From positions 1 through 45,771 of IMG/VR virus record IMGVR_UViG_3300022917_000003: a stretch of 45,771 nucleotides of DNA. One strand, 5' to 3'. This document shows positions 1 to 8,830 of the stretch, in pieces. The position numbers and the translations under genes were made by a program. Below the pieces are notes generated by a model. It was given only the letters and a program-made list of their open reading frames with translations. It was not told the origin of the DNA and made no database searches. Origin of the DNA: a virus. Its lineage: Duplodnaviria > Caudoviricetes. The first letter of the stretch is position 1, and each line of letters opens with the position of its first letter.

Positions 1-127
1 CAAAAACTCCCGCACCAGTCAATGACCAATACGGGAGCCTCATGAAAAGGTCTTTGCTTATCCAGTAATCTTGTCGAACTGCGCGCGAAACTCTTCCGCC
101 GTCCCGTCCCAAAACTTGAGCGGGCTT
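1..127. repeat. Terminal direct repeat (copy 1), circular-assembly overlap
   Basis: Bases 1-127 are identical to 45645-45771; 127 is a common assembler k-mer size. Confidence 0.95.
2..37 (-). terminator. Rho-independent terminator after the head gene block
   Basis: Minus strand CTCCCGTATTGGTC-ATT-GACTGGTGCGGGAG stem (with G-U pairs) followed by TTTTT, 20 nt after the stop at 58. Confidence 0.7.
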
Positions 128-522
128 TTCGCGTGGTGTGTGCGGTTGGCGCGAACGTCAGCGGAGTTTAGAACTTTCAGACCGAAGATTTCCCCGGTCG
201 GAAGATATCGGTACTGTCCGCTGTATTCGTGCAAATCCTCAGGGACTTCACGCGTAACAACCCCATCGGCGCGGGCAGCCGCACCGTGGGACAGCTCCTT
301 TTGGGTCAACTCTTCTGCGCCCTCAGGGGCAACGGTGGGGTCGGGCTTTTTCGCTTTGGGGTCAAAGTCGCCATTCTCCATATCGTCAGCGTCCAGGGCA
401 GCCGCGAGAATATCTTCCCCCGCGCGCATGTCTGCTTTGATGACACGTCCCGCGCCGCGCCGGTCTTTGATGAGCTTTACAAGGTCTTCCTTGTTCAGCT
501 TGGCATATTTCGATGTAGCCAT
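58..522 (-). CDS. Hypothetical protein downstream of major capsid gene (154 aa)
   Basis: ORF in late-operon orientation with A/C-rich leader; position typical of head accessory proteins. Confidence 0.7.
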   Translation of the reverse strand: MATSKYAKLNKEDLVKLIKDRRGAGRVIKADMRAGEDILAAALDADDMENGDFDPKAKKPDPTVAPEGAEELTQKELSHGAAARADGVVTREVPEDLHEYSGQYRYLPTGEIFGLKVLNSADVRANRTHHAKSPLKFWDGTAEEFRAQFDKITG

Positions 523-557
523 TTTATTTGTTCAGTTGGTTTTCTGTTGCGCTCGGA

Positions 558-1553
558 TTAAGCGTACTGAGTAGTAATCAGCGTGCCTTTGTTCGCATTG
601 GCGATGTACGGGGCTTTGCTGGTCACTCCACGCACGATGTTGCTCTGCGTCCGTTCCTCGCGGTAAGTCTGCACCCCATAACCGTTGTCCGGGGTGAAGG
701 AATCCCAATACGCGTTGACACCAACACCCGCGATGGTGGAGATACCCGCTTCGCTGGACAGTGCGCTGTCTTCCGTATTTCCAACCCAAGCGTAAGTGTT
801 ATTCCAAATGCGGGAGTTGACCGGCGTTGCGCCATCGGCGGCAGTGTTGTAAATGCTGGTGCCAATCAGGAACTTGGTAATTCCGATGTCGGCAAACGCC
901 TTTACGATGTTTGCTCCGTTCACTTCCGCACCCGCACCAAGCGTGCCAATGACATAAGTTTTCAGCAAAGTCGATTGGCGGATGAGGTTGTAAACCTGTC
1001 GGGAAACAACCACCGTGTTGTAAATTTCCGACTTGTCATAACCCCGTTCCGTGGCCGCAACCACATCGGCGAAGAAGTTAATCGTAGCAAGGTTGGCGGA
1101 AGTGTAAGCGACAATTGAGTTGGTGCCTGCACCGAACGTGGTGGCATTCTGGATGGCAAGGGCGGTGAGATACTCCGTTGTAAGCTCCAGATTTTCTGCT
1201 GCGGTCATAGCCGCGAGACTTTCAATGCTGAGATAATCAGCATAATCCATTTCGACTTCATCCGGCACTTGCACTTCGCGCTTGCGAATCGCCACGCTGA
1301 ACGAATCATCATTAAGCGTCATGGTCATACGCTCAACGTTCGCACCCGGAGCAGTGAGGAAATAATCATCGAGAATCCGCAAAAGTTGCGCATTGGCAAC
1401 CTTCGCTTTCACGATGTGCACATTGCGCTTATTGACCGGCATGGCGGGCAAAATCTGCGCATGGATGTTGTTTTTGTTGACTCCCTGGCCTTCTTGGATG
1501 ATGGCGGAAAGTTCCTGCCGGGGACGCTGTGTTGCGTTAGAATAGGCTGGCAT
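558..1553 (-). CDS. Major capsid protein (HK97 fold, lambda gpE-like)
   Basis: 331 aa; synteny portal-protease-cement-MCP; A/C-rich leader. Confidence 0.85.
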   Translation of the reverse strand: MPAYSNATQRPRQELSAIIQEGQGVNKNNIHAQILPAMPVNKRNVHIVKAKVANAQLLRILDDYFLTAPGANVERMTMTLNDDSFSVAIRKREVQVPDEVEMDYADYLSIESLAAMTAAENLELTTEYLTALAIQNATTFGAGTNSIVAYTSANLATINFFADVVAATERGYDKSEIYNTVVVSRQVYNLIRQSTLLKTYVIGTLGAGAEVNGANIVKAFADIGITKFLIGTSIYNTAADGATPVNSRIWNNTYAWVGNTEDSALSSEAGISTIAGVGVNAYWDSFTPDNGYGVQTYREERTQSNIVRGVTSKAPYIANANKGTLITTQYA

Positions 1554-1599
1554 GGTAAATTAGTTTGTGGGTTGGTTTGGTATTAAACTCGCGGCGGGG

Positions 1600-1971
1600 T
1601 TAGGCGATAGGGCCAAGCTCAATAACGCCAAGGGCACCGCTGGCAGTCGTTTGCAGCCATTTGCCCATGAGGACAGCGTTGGTGGTGGTCACGCCAGTAA
1701 GACCAGCCGCCATGCTGTAAGCGGCATCGCCAGCATCACAAGAAGCCTCACCGGCAATCACGGGGAGAGAACCGCCCGCATTAATCGGGGCAGCAAGCCC
1801 GCGAGTGCTAGCGGGAATGTCGATGAGGGCGATAACGTCCCCACGGACGCCAATTGCGGAAGCCGCGTAAGCAGTTCCGTTGAATGTAAGACGAGTTCCC
1901 CGCGCAACGTCAACAGCCGTCACCAGGACGGTTACTTGCAGCGGGATAATGGTGGTTGCGACGGTAGCCAT
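1600..1971 (-). CDS. Capsid cement/decoration protein (DUF2190-like)
   Basis: 123 aa Ala/Gly/Thr-rich beta protein between scaffold and MCP; GDAAYSMAAG and GVIEL pattern. Confidence 0.7.
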   Translation of the reverse strand: MATVATTIIPLQVTVLVTAVDVARGTRLTFNGTAYAASAIGVRGDVIALIDIPASTRGLAAPINAGGSLPVIAGEASCDAGDAAYSMAAGLTGVTTTNAVLMGKWLQTTASGALGVIELGPIA

Positions 1972-2010
1972 AAAAGTGTTTTAGCTGTGCGGTTTTTGGT
2001 TGGCTAACGA

Positions 2011-2436
2011 TTAGAGCGTACCGCCCGAACGCATATGAGCGTTGTAGATGTCCGGGTGATCGCGGGAAATGCGCTGCAACGCGATTCCTTCACTCTTCGC
2101 ACCTGCTGCAAGATATGTCTTCACAAGAGCTTGCATGGGGGTTTCACCTTGATGCCCAATCTTGGCGAATTGCTCGCGCTGAGCCTTGGGGAAAGCCTTT
2201 TCAACCGCCGCGAGGGCAGCTTTGTCAGCGATTTCAGCAAACTTAGCTGCCATTTTTTCGCTGTCTTTATCCTCGTCCTTCTCCTTTTTCTTCTTTTTCT
2301 CCTCATCGGACTCTTCACCTTCCTCAAATTTCTTTGAGAGAGTAGAGAACTTGGTGTCAATTTCGGTCCTGATGGCACCGAATTTGGTGTCCAGCAATTC
2401 CCCAATGGTCTTCAGGTCGTTAGCGTCGAGTGGCAT
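2011..2436 (-). CDS. Probable nested scaffold protein from in-frame internal start (MPLDAND..., 141 aa)
   Basis: In-frame ATG at 2436 preceded by AATCCAAACCAACCAACGCAC, the leader style seen at real starts; analogous to lambda C/Nu3. Confidence 0.55.
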   Translation of the reverse strand: MPLDANDLKTIGELLDTKFGAIRTEIDTKFSTLSKKFEEGEESDEEKKKKKEKDEDKDSEKMAAKFAEIADKAALAAVEKAFPKAQREQFAKIGHQGETPMQALVKTYLAAGAKSEGIALQRISRDHPDIYNAHMRSGGTL

Positions 2437-3015
2437 GTGCGTTGGTTGGTTTGGATTTTCGTTGAATAAGCTTTTGGTTGCTGCCGGTGCATCAACAATA
2501 TCTACACTGTTCAGCACATGACAACGCGCAACCGCAACGTCACCACTTATTTCATAGCTGTAATCAAAGTCAATTGAATTTCCGATCTTTTTGGAGAATT
2601 TCTTAAATAGCTCGTCTACATACGGACGATGCGGGGAATTATCCATCAAGGTTAGCCCCGCGCGAACTTCATCGCCTTGACGAGTAAACCCCATGTAATC
2701 ACCGACAATGTCCCGCACGGTGCATCCGTGATCCAGCTTGCACTTGGTGTTGCCGTTCTCCAAGCCGCATTTCACCACATCGTCAAGCGTTTCATCTGCG
2801 ATAACGATTTGGTACTTCTGCAACTTGGCATGATCTGGATTCCCTGGCTGGTAATTCACCACCCGCGCGCCGTCCTTTACAGCATAGTGACCCTTTGCTG
2901 GTCCTTTCTGGATGACGAGTACGCCCGGATAGTAACCCGGCTTTGCGCTGTCGGGGAGAGCTTGGAACCGGGTAAAGGTTAGCGGAGTGTCAATTTCTGC
3001 GTAGATGAGTGGCAT
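2011..3015 (-). CDS. Prohead protease with C-terminal scaffold domain
   Basis: KLDH...GNSIDF...SVDIVDAPAA motifs followed by a charged helical C-terminal region; follows the portal gene. Confidence 0.75.
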   Translation of the reverse strand: MPLIYAEIDTPLTFTRFQALPDSAKPGYYPGVLVIQKGPAKGHYAVKDGARVVNYQPGNPDHAKLQKYQIVIADETLDDVVKCGLENGNTKCKLDHGCTVRDIVGDYMGFTRQGDEVRAGLTLMDNSPHRPYVDELFKKFSKKIGNSIDFDYSYEISGDVAVARCHVLNSVDIVDAPAATKSLFNENPNQPTHMPLDANDLKTIGELLDTKFGAIRTEIDTKFSTLSKKFEEGEESDEEKKKKKEKDEDKDSEKMAAKFAEIADKAALAAVEKAFPKAQREQFAKIGHQGETPMQALVKTYLAAGAKSEGIALQRISRDHPDIYNAHMRSGGTL

Positions 3016-3035
3016 AAAAATGCGAAGTGTAAAAA

Positions 3036-4598
3036 CTAGTTGGTGGATTCGGATTCCTGTTGAGCGGGTGGGGGTGGATTAGCCGACATAGATTGAATGA
3101 AAGGCATAACATCCGTCCATGTAATTTCAATTCCAGAGGAAGCAGACAAGCTCTTAGCCTTCTCCACGGCAATGCGGATTTTATTTTCCGCTTCATCGCC
3201 GAGTTGCATGTCAACGTCTTTCCAGTATCGACCTTCTTCCGCCGTGATTGTCGCCATCGAAGTAATGCCCTGCCGATTCTCATCCAAATTAGCTTTGCTG
3301 TCATCCCCCGTATCCGTGGTGGGGTGCGCGGGGTACATGAAAATACCTTTGTCCCAATTCTTTGTCCACGGGATAACCCCTCGATTGATGCCAGAAATGA
3401 GGGCTTTCCGCTTGATTTTGTTCAACGCAACCCGTTCCAACCACTTTTGACCGTACGGGCCGTGCTGGAAAGCCCTCTGCGCTTGACGGCTGATAAGCCG
3501 CGTATACGTGCCAGGGAGTCCCACCATAACCCATACAAAGGGGAGGGGGAGGCAAAGAGCCATAGCAATTTGTGCGAGCTTGGTGAGCAGAAATTCGGAT
3601 TCGTTGTTAGACGGGTTTTCATTCTTCAGCATCTCCACGTTAAACCCTTCCTCACCATGTAGCTCCTCTCCGGGTAGCTGGTGACGAATGCGCCCGTTAG
3701 CAATGGAGAGTCCTACAGGGCCGTCTAGCCCTTGCGCGTTAGGGTCGCCATCAGGTGCGGAACCATTTGGGGTGTTGAAGACCGCCGTTTTGAATGCTGC
3801 CCACTTAATCTTGTCCATCCAAGCCGCTTCAACCTCTTTCATGTCGTGCGCGTCGTTTAAGACCGCATGCAGAGGGGTTTTTGCGCTGTATTCGTCCGTT
3901 GACTGAACCGGATTTAAACAGGAAAAGATCGAAGCTGGCACCGTTTCCACAAACTGCACCATCCCTGAAATGGTCAATTTATACAGGTCAAACCCTATAA
4001 CGCTGCCATCTGGGGCAAGACGGATACCCTGAATATTATTCGGGTTGGTGTAAACCGTGCGCGGGTTCCCGATGTTGTATCCCATGATGGGCTGCAACTG
4101 AAAAGTCCCATCATCATTGTGGTGGTGAATCAACCCATGTCTTCCGTTTGAAAATACACCACCCAAACTAAGTTGGATCATGTCAATAAAGTGGAATCGA
4201 CCCTGGGAATCGCAATTTTCCATCCAGTCAGGCCAGTATGCCCGATAAGCTTCATCCGCTTTCAAATCTCCCGTTTGCGGGATGTACTGAATATCCCCCA
4301 GAGCATAGATGCGATACTGGTTTGTAAGGTGGTCAATAAAGGCATTGTCTCTCCCCTGGTCCTGTGCACGCCTCTGCATAATGAGGCTATCGTACTGCCC
4401 AGACAAACTGTCAGGATTGCGCAGAGACTTCGGCGGATTGCGGGAACGCTTTGTGTCAGCGGAAGCATATTGGTGCAACTGTGCGACCTTTACCCGGCTT
4501 TGCATGCGGGCAAGTTGAACACTCGGCGCGAAAGTCCCGATTGCGCTATCCAGGACCTGCTGGAACTTGGTGCCAAAACTAATTGTGGGGGCTTTCAT
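3036..4598 (-). CDS. Portal protein, lambda family
   Basis: 520 aa after terL and gpW-like gene; RRAQDQGRDN, GRFHFIDMIQL and GIRLAPDG patterns resemble lambda-type portals. Confidence 0.85.
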   Translation of the reverse strand: MKAPTISFGTKFQQVLDSAIGTFAPSVQLARMQSRVKVAQLHQYASADTKRSRNPPKSLRNPDSLSGQYDSLIMQRRAQDQGRDNAFIDHLTNQYRIYALGDIQYIPQTGDLKADEAYRAYWPDWMENCDSQGRFHFIDMIQLSLGGVFSNGRHGLIHHHNDDGTFQLQPIMGYNIGNPRTVYTNPNNIQGIRLAPDGSVIGFDLYKLTISGMVQFVETVPASIFSCLNPVQSTDEYSAKTPLHAVLNDAHDMKEVEAAWMDKIKWAAFKTAVFNTPNGSAPDGDPNAQGLDGPVGLSIANGRIRHQLPGEELHGEEGFNVEMLKNENPSNNESEFLLTKLAQIAMALCLPLPFVWVMVGLPGTYTRLISRQAQRAFQHGPYGQKWLERVALNKIKRKALISGINRGVIPWTKNWDKGIFMYPAHPTTDTGDDSKANLDENRQGITSMATITAEEGRYWKDVDMQLGDEAENKIRIAVEKAKSLSASSGIEITWTDVMPFIQSMSANPPPPAQQESESTN

Positions 4599-4892
4599 TT
4601 AGTATTGGTAGTAATCCTGTCCACCGCAATTGTTGAACGATGCAAACCGGCGAGCGTATCCGTTGTTCCCCGCGTTCGCTGCATTCCGTTTCCACTCAAG
4701 AGCCGATTCCACGTTAGCGAGGCTCCTTGTCAGCTTGTCAATTTCGGGCAAAGTAGTTTGCCTCCCGCTCATGGAATGGCTTTGACCTACCCCCTCAACC
4801 GCTTTTAGCTGAGTAAGAAAAGACGTTCGGAGAGCCTCAAGTGCCCCAATGGACATTGAACGGTAAGAGGTATCAACGGTTGTTTGGCTCAT
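4599..4892 (-). CDS. Head-tail joining protein, gpW-like
   Basis: Helix-hairpin-helix pattern GQSHSMSGRQTT between terL and portal; likely start ATG 4892. Confidence 0.6.
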   Translation of the reverse strand: MSQTTVDTSYRSMSIGALEALRTSFLTQLKAVEGVGQSHSMSGRQTTLPEIDKLTRSLANVESALEWKRNAANAGNNGYARRFASFNNCGGQDYYQY

Positions 4893-4954
4893 TGAAATCA
4901 GAGAGTGTGGCACGGAAGTTGCCTTGGGGCGAGCGAAAAAAGTTGAAACTTTTT

Positions 4955-4984
4955 CTTGTGCTATCACATAAGCGGGTGCATCTT
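4955..4984 (+). promoter_or_regulatory. CTTG-N10-(C/T)AAG operator/promoter copy 1
   Basis: CTTGTGCTATCACATAAG; TTGTGC-N17-CATCTT; 38/46 identical to the 16162-16207 element. Confidence 0.7.
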
Positions 4985-4993
4985 GATTGTCTC

Positions 4994-5158
4994 ATGAAAA
5001 ACTTTGCTCTTATTATTACATTTCCATCTTCACCTGCCATTATTCGTTGGTTTGGCACCATCTCTGCCGCACAAGCCGCACAGAGAAACCATGCTAGGGG
5101 TAGCTCACAGCTTGTGAGTTACTGCATCGTTTCTGAAGATGAATTTAACTCGTACTGA
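4994..5158 (+). CDS. Small antisense-orientation gene (54 aa) within late operon
   Basis: MKNFALIITF...DEFNSY fills the terL-gpW gap and has its own conserved promoter element. Confidence 0.6.
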   Translation: MKNFALIITFPSSPAIIRWFGTISAAQAAQRNHARGSSQLVSYCIVSEDEFNSY

Positions 5159-5166
5159 TCCTTTCT

Positions 5167-6960
5167 TCAATTAGCTTTCCTCGTAAGCTCGCTAGGGAAA
5201 AACCCTTGTAGCGCCGCGAGGACTAGCTGCATCTCTTCACAAGCTCTAATGTGGTCATCAGTGTTAATCATGACCCATTGGAGCTTTTTCTCCATTGTCT
5301 TTTTGTCTTCAACTTCTTTTTCTACCCAGGAAGCAAGCTGCGCCATGTAAGAGCTTTCGATCTTGGCCGTACCGCGCCAAATAAGATTACCCACGTCTGA
5401 AGGTAATCCCCATTCGGTTCCTTGGCCGTTAATGCGGTTCGCCAATACCCCCCGGACCCATTCCTTGCTGAAAATGATTCCGTGGGCATATACCCCTTTC
5501 CTACCATCGGTGAATGCCTTGTACCAGCTTGACCGCTTGTAAGGGAGCAAGACCTTAGCTGTACCGGGCTTCCGCCATTCGTATTCTTCGCGGGTAGCGT
5601 CTGCCACCATGTAGTGCCACCCTTCTGTAGCACACATTTCCTTTACCTCTTCTGTCGCGTGTCGGCTGTCAACCCCAACCCGTTTGGGCTTTACTTCGTT
5701 TTCCTCGATACGTCGCTTTACCTCGTCCCACGATTCACAGCGATAGGCATTGATGAGTCTGGATGCCCCGCCGCCGGCCCAAGCGCGGACAACGACCCAA
5801 TAATGCCTTCCCCCGCGTTCCTGTACGTCTACAGTGGCAAATCGGTCCTTTTCCAGTTCCCAGAAAAATTCCATGTCCACAATCATGTAATCGCCTGTGA
5901 CTTTAGCTGTACTGGAATTAGAGACGCGCCGTTGCCATGTATGCCCCATGTTCTCAATTATGAACGTCTTTAGATTGGATAAATCTCCGGTCCTTGCCTG
6001 ATCGTTGGCTTTAATCCACTTCTCCATTAATGCTTCCCATGAACGCCACGGGTAAGCAATCTGGGAGACGTGGAAAGAACGATGGTCTTCTGAGGCATTT
6101 GCATTGCCGACCACGTACCCGCCTAGCCGGTTCATTTCCAGTCTGAGCGGAGTGCTATCCCGCTCCTCGCATTTGCAATCAGGGAAAGGACATTGGAACC
6201 GAACTGTTTTACGCATTTCCCGCATATTCCTTGTGCCATCGGGTGCGTCAACAGACTGCCACACGATTGTCTGTACCTCCTGTGACCAAACAAGTTGCAC
6301 CAGTCTCTCACACGCGGGACAGCCTAGGTGCCAGTCTTCTTGTGACCCCCGGAGAAAATCCAAATCAATCTCGCTCCCTTCCTCCCCCGCTGTGCTGATA
6401 TTTAGAAACTTGGCATCCCAGAAAGCTGAACCGCGTTCTCTAACAATCTCCCCCATGCCCTTCCATATCTTCAAATGCTTTTCGTCTGAAATAACGATTG
6501 GGGCGGATTTACCCCGTGCGTTACTTGGATTAATCCCCAAGAACTCCAGCACCATGTGTCCCAGATGTACCTGATTGTTTTTGTTTGCTCCTTTGGTGTC
6601 GGGCCAAATGCTGGATAACAGGGGTATAGACTTAATCCGTTTAAGCGCGCGGGAGGTAGCGAACATTTCCGCGTCATCATCCGTCTGTCCATAGAAAAGG
6701 ACATTGCCTGGGTTGTGGAGCACGCAATAAGCGATGTACCCTTCAGAGAGCAGATTCTTTCCTCCCTGGGCTGCCCACTGTGTCGTTACCTCGCGTATGG
6801 AGGGGTCACACATCGCGTGCATAGGTTCAGCCGCCCACGGGCTGTTCTCAATGCGGAATGGCCCTGTAATAGGGGCAGGCGGGAGAAGCTCATAATGTTC
6901 CTCCATAAAGTCCAGCAAGGGTGATCGCCGAACTGTGCCGGTGCCGTAGATGTGTGTCAT
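5167..6960 (-). CDS. terL: Terminase large subunit, lambda GpA family
   Basis: Walker A-like AAQGGKN, Walker B IVISDE, ISTAG coupling motif, CPAC/CPFPDC Zn motifs, nuclease ATVDVQ. Confidence 0.93.
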   Translation of the reverse strand: MTHIYGTGTVRRSPLLDFMEEHYELLPPAPITGPFRIENSPWAAEPMHAMCDPSIREVTTQWAAQGGKNLLSEGYIAYCVLHNPGNVLFYGQTDDDAEMFATSRALKRIKSIPLLSSIWPDTKGANKNNQVHLGHMVLEFLGINPSNARGKSAPIVISDEKHLKIWKGMGEIVRERGSAFWDAKFLNISTAGEEGSEIDLDFLRGSQEDWHLGCPACERLVQLVWSQEVQTIVWQSVDAPDGTRNMREMRKTVRFQCPFPDCKCEERDSTPLRLEMNRLGGYVVGNANASEDHRSFHVSQIAYPWRSWEALMEKWIKANDQARTGDLSNLKTFIIENMGHTWQRRVSNSSTAKVTGDYMIVDMEFFWELEKDRFATVDVQERGGRHYWVVVRAWAGGGASRLINAYRCESWDEVKRRIEENEVKPKRVGVDSRHATEEVKEMCATEGWHYMVADATREEYEWRKPGTAKVLLPYKRSSWYKAFTDGRKGVYAHGIIFSKEWVRGVLANRINGQGTEWGLPSDVGNLIWRGTAKIESSYMAQLASWVEKEVEDKKTMEKKLQWVMINTDDHIRACEEMQLVLAALQGFFPSELTRKAN

Positions 6961-7484
6961 TCTGAAAAAGTAAAGCAGGGTGGATGTCTAGAGATAGGTA
7001 CCCCGTAGACGGGCTCCTTGTCTTTATCAGGTGTGGCAAACTCCACAATGCGATCATACGTACCAATCTTCCATAGGGATAAGTCAATTTCATCCTCGTC
7101 GGAATACTCTCTGAAGATTGGGCCGTTTATTCGCGCTTTAGCCTTTGCCTCAAAAGCTTCCTGCTTTTTAATATAATGCTCAAGGAAGCCGTCCCCGCCA
7201 AACCCTTTTTTCTTAAAGGCGGCTTCTACCTTCTTACTGGCTTCCCTGAACTTCCCAAAAGCATAACCGTCCCCGCCTGTATCGGGATGCAACTTGCGAA
7301 AACCTTCTTTGATTCTACTGGAGAACTCCTTGTAAATACCGTCAAGCTCATGTTCATTCGCAATCCAGAAAGAACGCTTGGTAATGCGCTTTACATCAAT
7401 GCTCAAGAAGTCCATCACATCATAAATGGTGGACCCTAGAAAGCGAACCTTTCTATTTGCTGCATTGGAAAGGCTAGTATTCAT
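6957..7484 (-). CDS. J-domain (DnaJ-like, HPD motif) protein
   Basis: IKEGFRKLHPDTGGDGYAFGKFREA resembles J-domain helix II-HPD-helix III; overlaps both terS and terL. Confidence 0.65.
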   Translation of the reverse strand: MNTSLSNAANRKVRFLGSTIYDVMDFLSIDVKRITKRSFWIANEHELDGIYKEFSSRIKEGFRKLHPDTGGDGYAFGKFREASKKVEAAFKKKGFGGDGFLEHYIKKQEAFEAKAKARINGPIFREYSDEDEIDLSLWKIGTYDRIVEFATPDKDKEPVYGVPISRHPPCFTFSE

Positions 7485-8313
7485 CCAAATAGTTTGTGGG
7501 TTTCGGTGCTTCCAAGGTCAAAGGCTTTTCGTCCTTCACGAATTCAGCGGCTGTTCGTCCCATCCAATCGGGGATTTTGCCTAGCTTGACCCCCATCTTG
7601 AACGTGCGGTAGATGGATGAACGCAAGGCCGGATCAAGGGTTGTGGCTATCTCGTATTTGTTCTTTCCCTCTAGCTCTGGGATGACATTGCGCAGAGCAT
7701 CTGACACGCCTACGGTGTGCCATGCCAGGAGGGCGTGGACCCCTTTCACCGCATCAGCGAGGGGAATTAATTCCCCGCTCTCCCGCTTGGCGATAGACAC
7801 CTTAATGTCATACTGCAAAAGTGTTTTAGATACGCTGAGCCAAGACCTACGCGCCTCCTTGACTAGTTCGGCTTTTTCTGACTTGTGCAGGTGCTTTGCT
7901 GCCTCCAACTGGTCTAGTCGCTTCTTGAGCCTCCGTTCATCGGCCTGTAGGCTTTTGAGGGTTTGGCCAACCCCACCAGCTTCTTCGGGGATGTCGTAAT
8001 TGTCTTCAAAAGTGTCGTCCTCCAAACTGTTTGCGTCTGGTGCCGGAGTGGGGGTTTGTGGTGTTGTTTCTGGGGGATGCTTTTGGAACCAAGCAATAAT
8101 TCTTTCGCGGTGGACTGCTCCACTTCCTTCAAATGCGTTGCAACCTTTTTGGCGTGCTTCCCGTAGGTGCACGATGTCTATTCCCAAAACTTTAGCAGCC
8201 ACCTTGATGCTTGGGTAACTGCGCGGTAAGTAATCCAGCGGATTATCTGAGTCAGGCTGTTTAACCTTGGAAGGTCTACCGGGTTTTCTCTTAATTGGGG
8301 GTGACGCGATCAA
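7474..8313 (-). CDS. terS: Terminase small subunit
   Basis: Upstream of terL; AT-hook-like KPGRP, HTH-like segment, coiled coil, RESGELIPL motif typical of Nu1-like proteins. Confidence 0.75.
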   Translation of the reverse strand: MIASPPIKRKPGRPSKVKQPDSDNPLDYLPRSYPSIKVAAKVLGIDIVHLREARQKGCNAFEGSGAVHRERIIAWFQKHPPETTPQTPTPAPDANSLEDDTFEDNYDIPEEAGGVGQTLKSLQADERRLKKRLDQLEAAKHLHKSEKAELVKEARRSWLSVSKTLLQYDIKVSIAKRESGELIPLADAVKGVHALLAWHTVGVSDALRNVIPELEGKNKYEIATTLDPALRSSIYRTFKMGVKLGKIPDWMGRTAAEFVKDEKPLTLEAPKPTNYLDEY

Positions 8314-8495
8314 ATGGAAAAATCTTTAATGCTTTCTATAGGAATTATTTTTATATGTAGCAGGAAAGGTTCGATGCGACCCATTAGGCAAAAAATCATT
8401 ATCTGGGAAGAGATTCCTTAGTGGGGGTAATCAATGCCCCTTTATCTCTTCTCATTTGTGAGAATGTTCTCATTATTGAGACACTTTAGATTCAT

Positions 8496-8651
8496 TTATG
8501 GACGGATCTCCCAATTCTCTACTGGCACAAGCAATAACGCATCCGGTTTGCTACCAGCTACCACCATTGGGATTACTCCCATTATCATAATGTAAGTTCC
8601 CATTGTTGGAGGAGTTGAGCCATCCCAAGGCAGCCAGTAATGCGTCTTCAT
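8496..8651 (-). CDS. Small hypothetical protein (51 aa, MKTHYWLPW...)
   Basis: Read by hand; ATGA overlap with 8648..8830. Confidence 0.5.
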   Translation of the reverse strand: MKTHYWLPWDGSTPPTMGTYIMIMGVIPMVVAGSKPDALLLVPVENWEIRP

Positions 8652-8830
8652 GCTCCTTCTCCTTTATTGCGCTTTTCACGCATGCGCTTCATCCGCAATG
8701 CAGCAGGTGTAGGCTCAAGCCATTTGGTAATGATCTTGATACGATTCGCCCTAGTGCTCACTGGACCAATTAAGTCCGCAAGCTCTTCTGCGTTAATGTC
8801 TCGTCGTGTCTTCATAGATTCTCCATCCAT
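8648..8830 (-). CDS. Small basic hypothetical protein
   Basis: 60-aa ORF overlapping both neighbours. Confidence 0.5.
   Translation of the reverse strand: MDGESMKTRRDINAEELADLIGPVSTRANRIKIITKWLEPTPAALRMKRMREKRNKGEGA

Noticed and set aside
1-127. 127-bp terminal repeat as a biological DTR
   Set aside because: Length equals a standard assembler k-mer and it cuts through a gene end; a GpA-type terminase points to cos ends elsewhere
7474-7490. LDEY tail as a mere by-product of an overlapping ATG (GATGAATA)
   Set aside because: This explains only part of the motif in two genes; VRR-NUC uses GAC (no ATG) and SSB has no overlap, yet both keep the peptide
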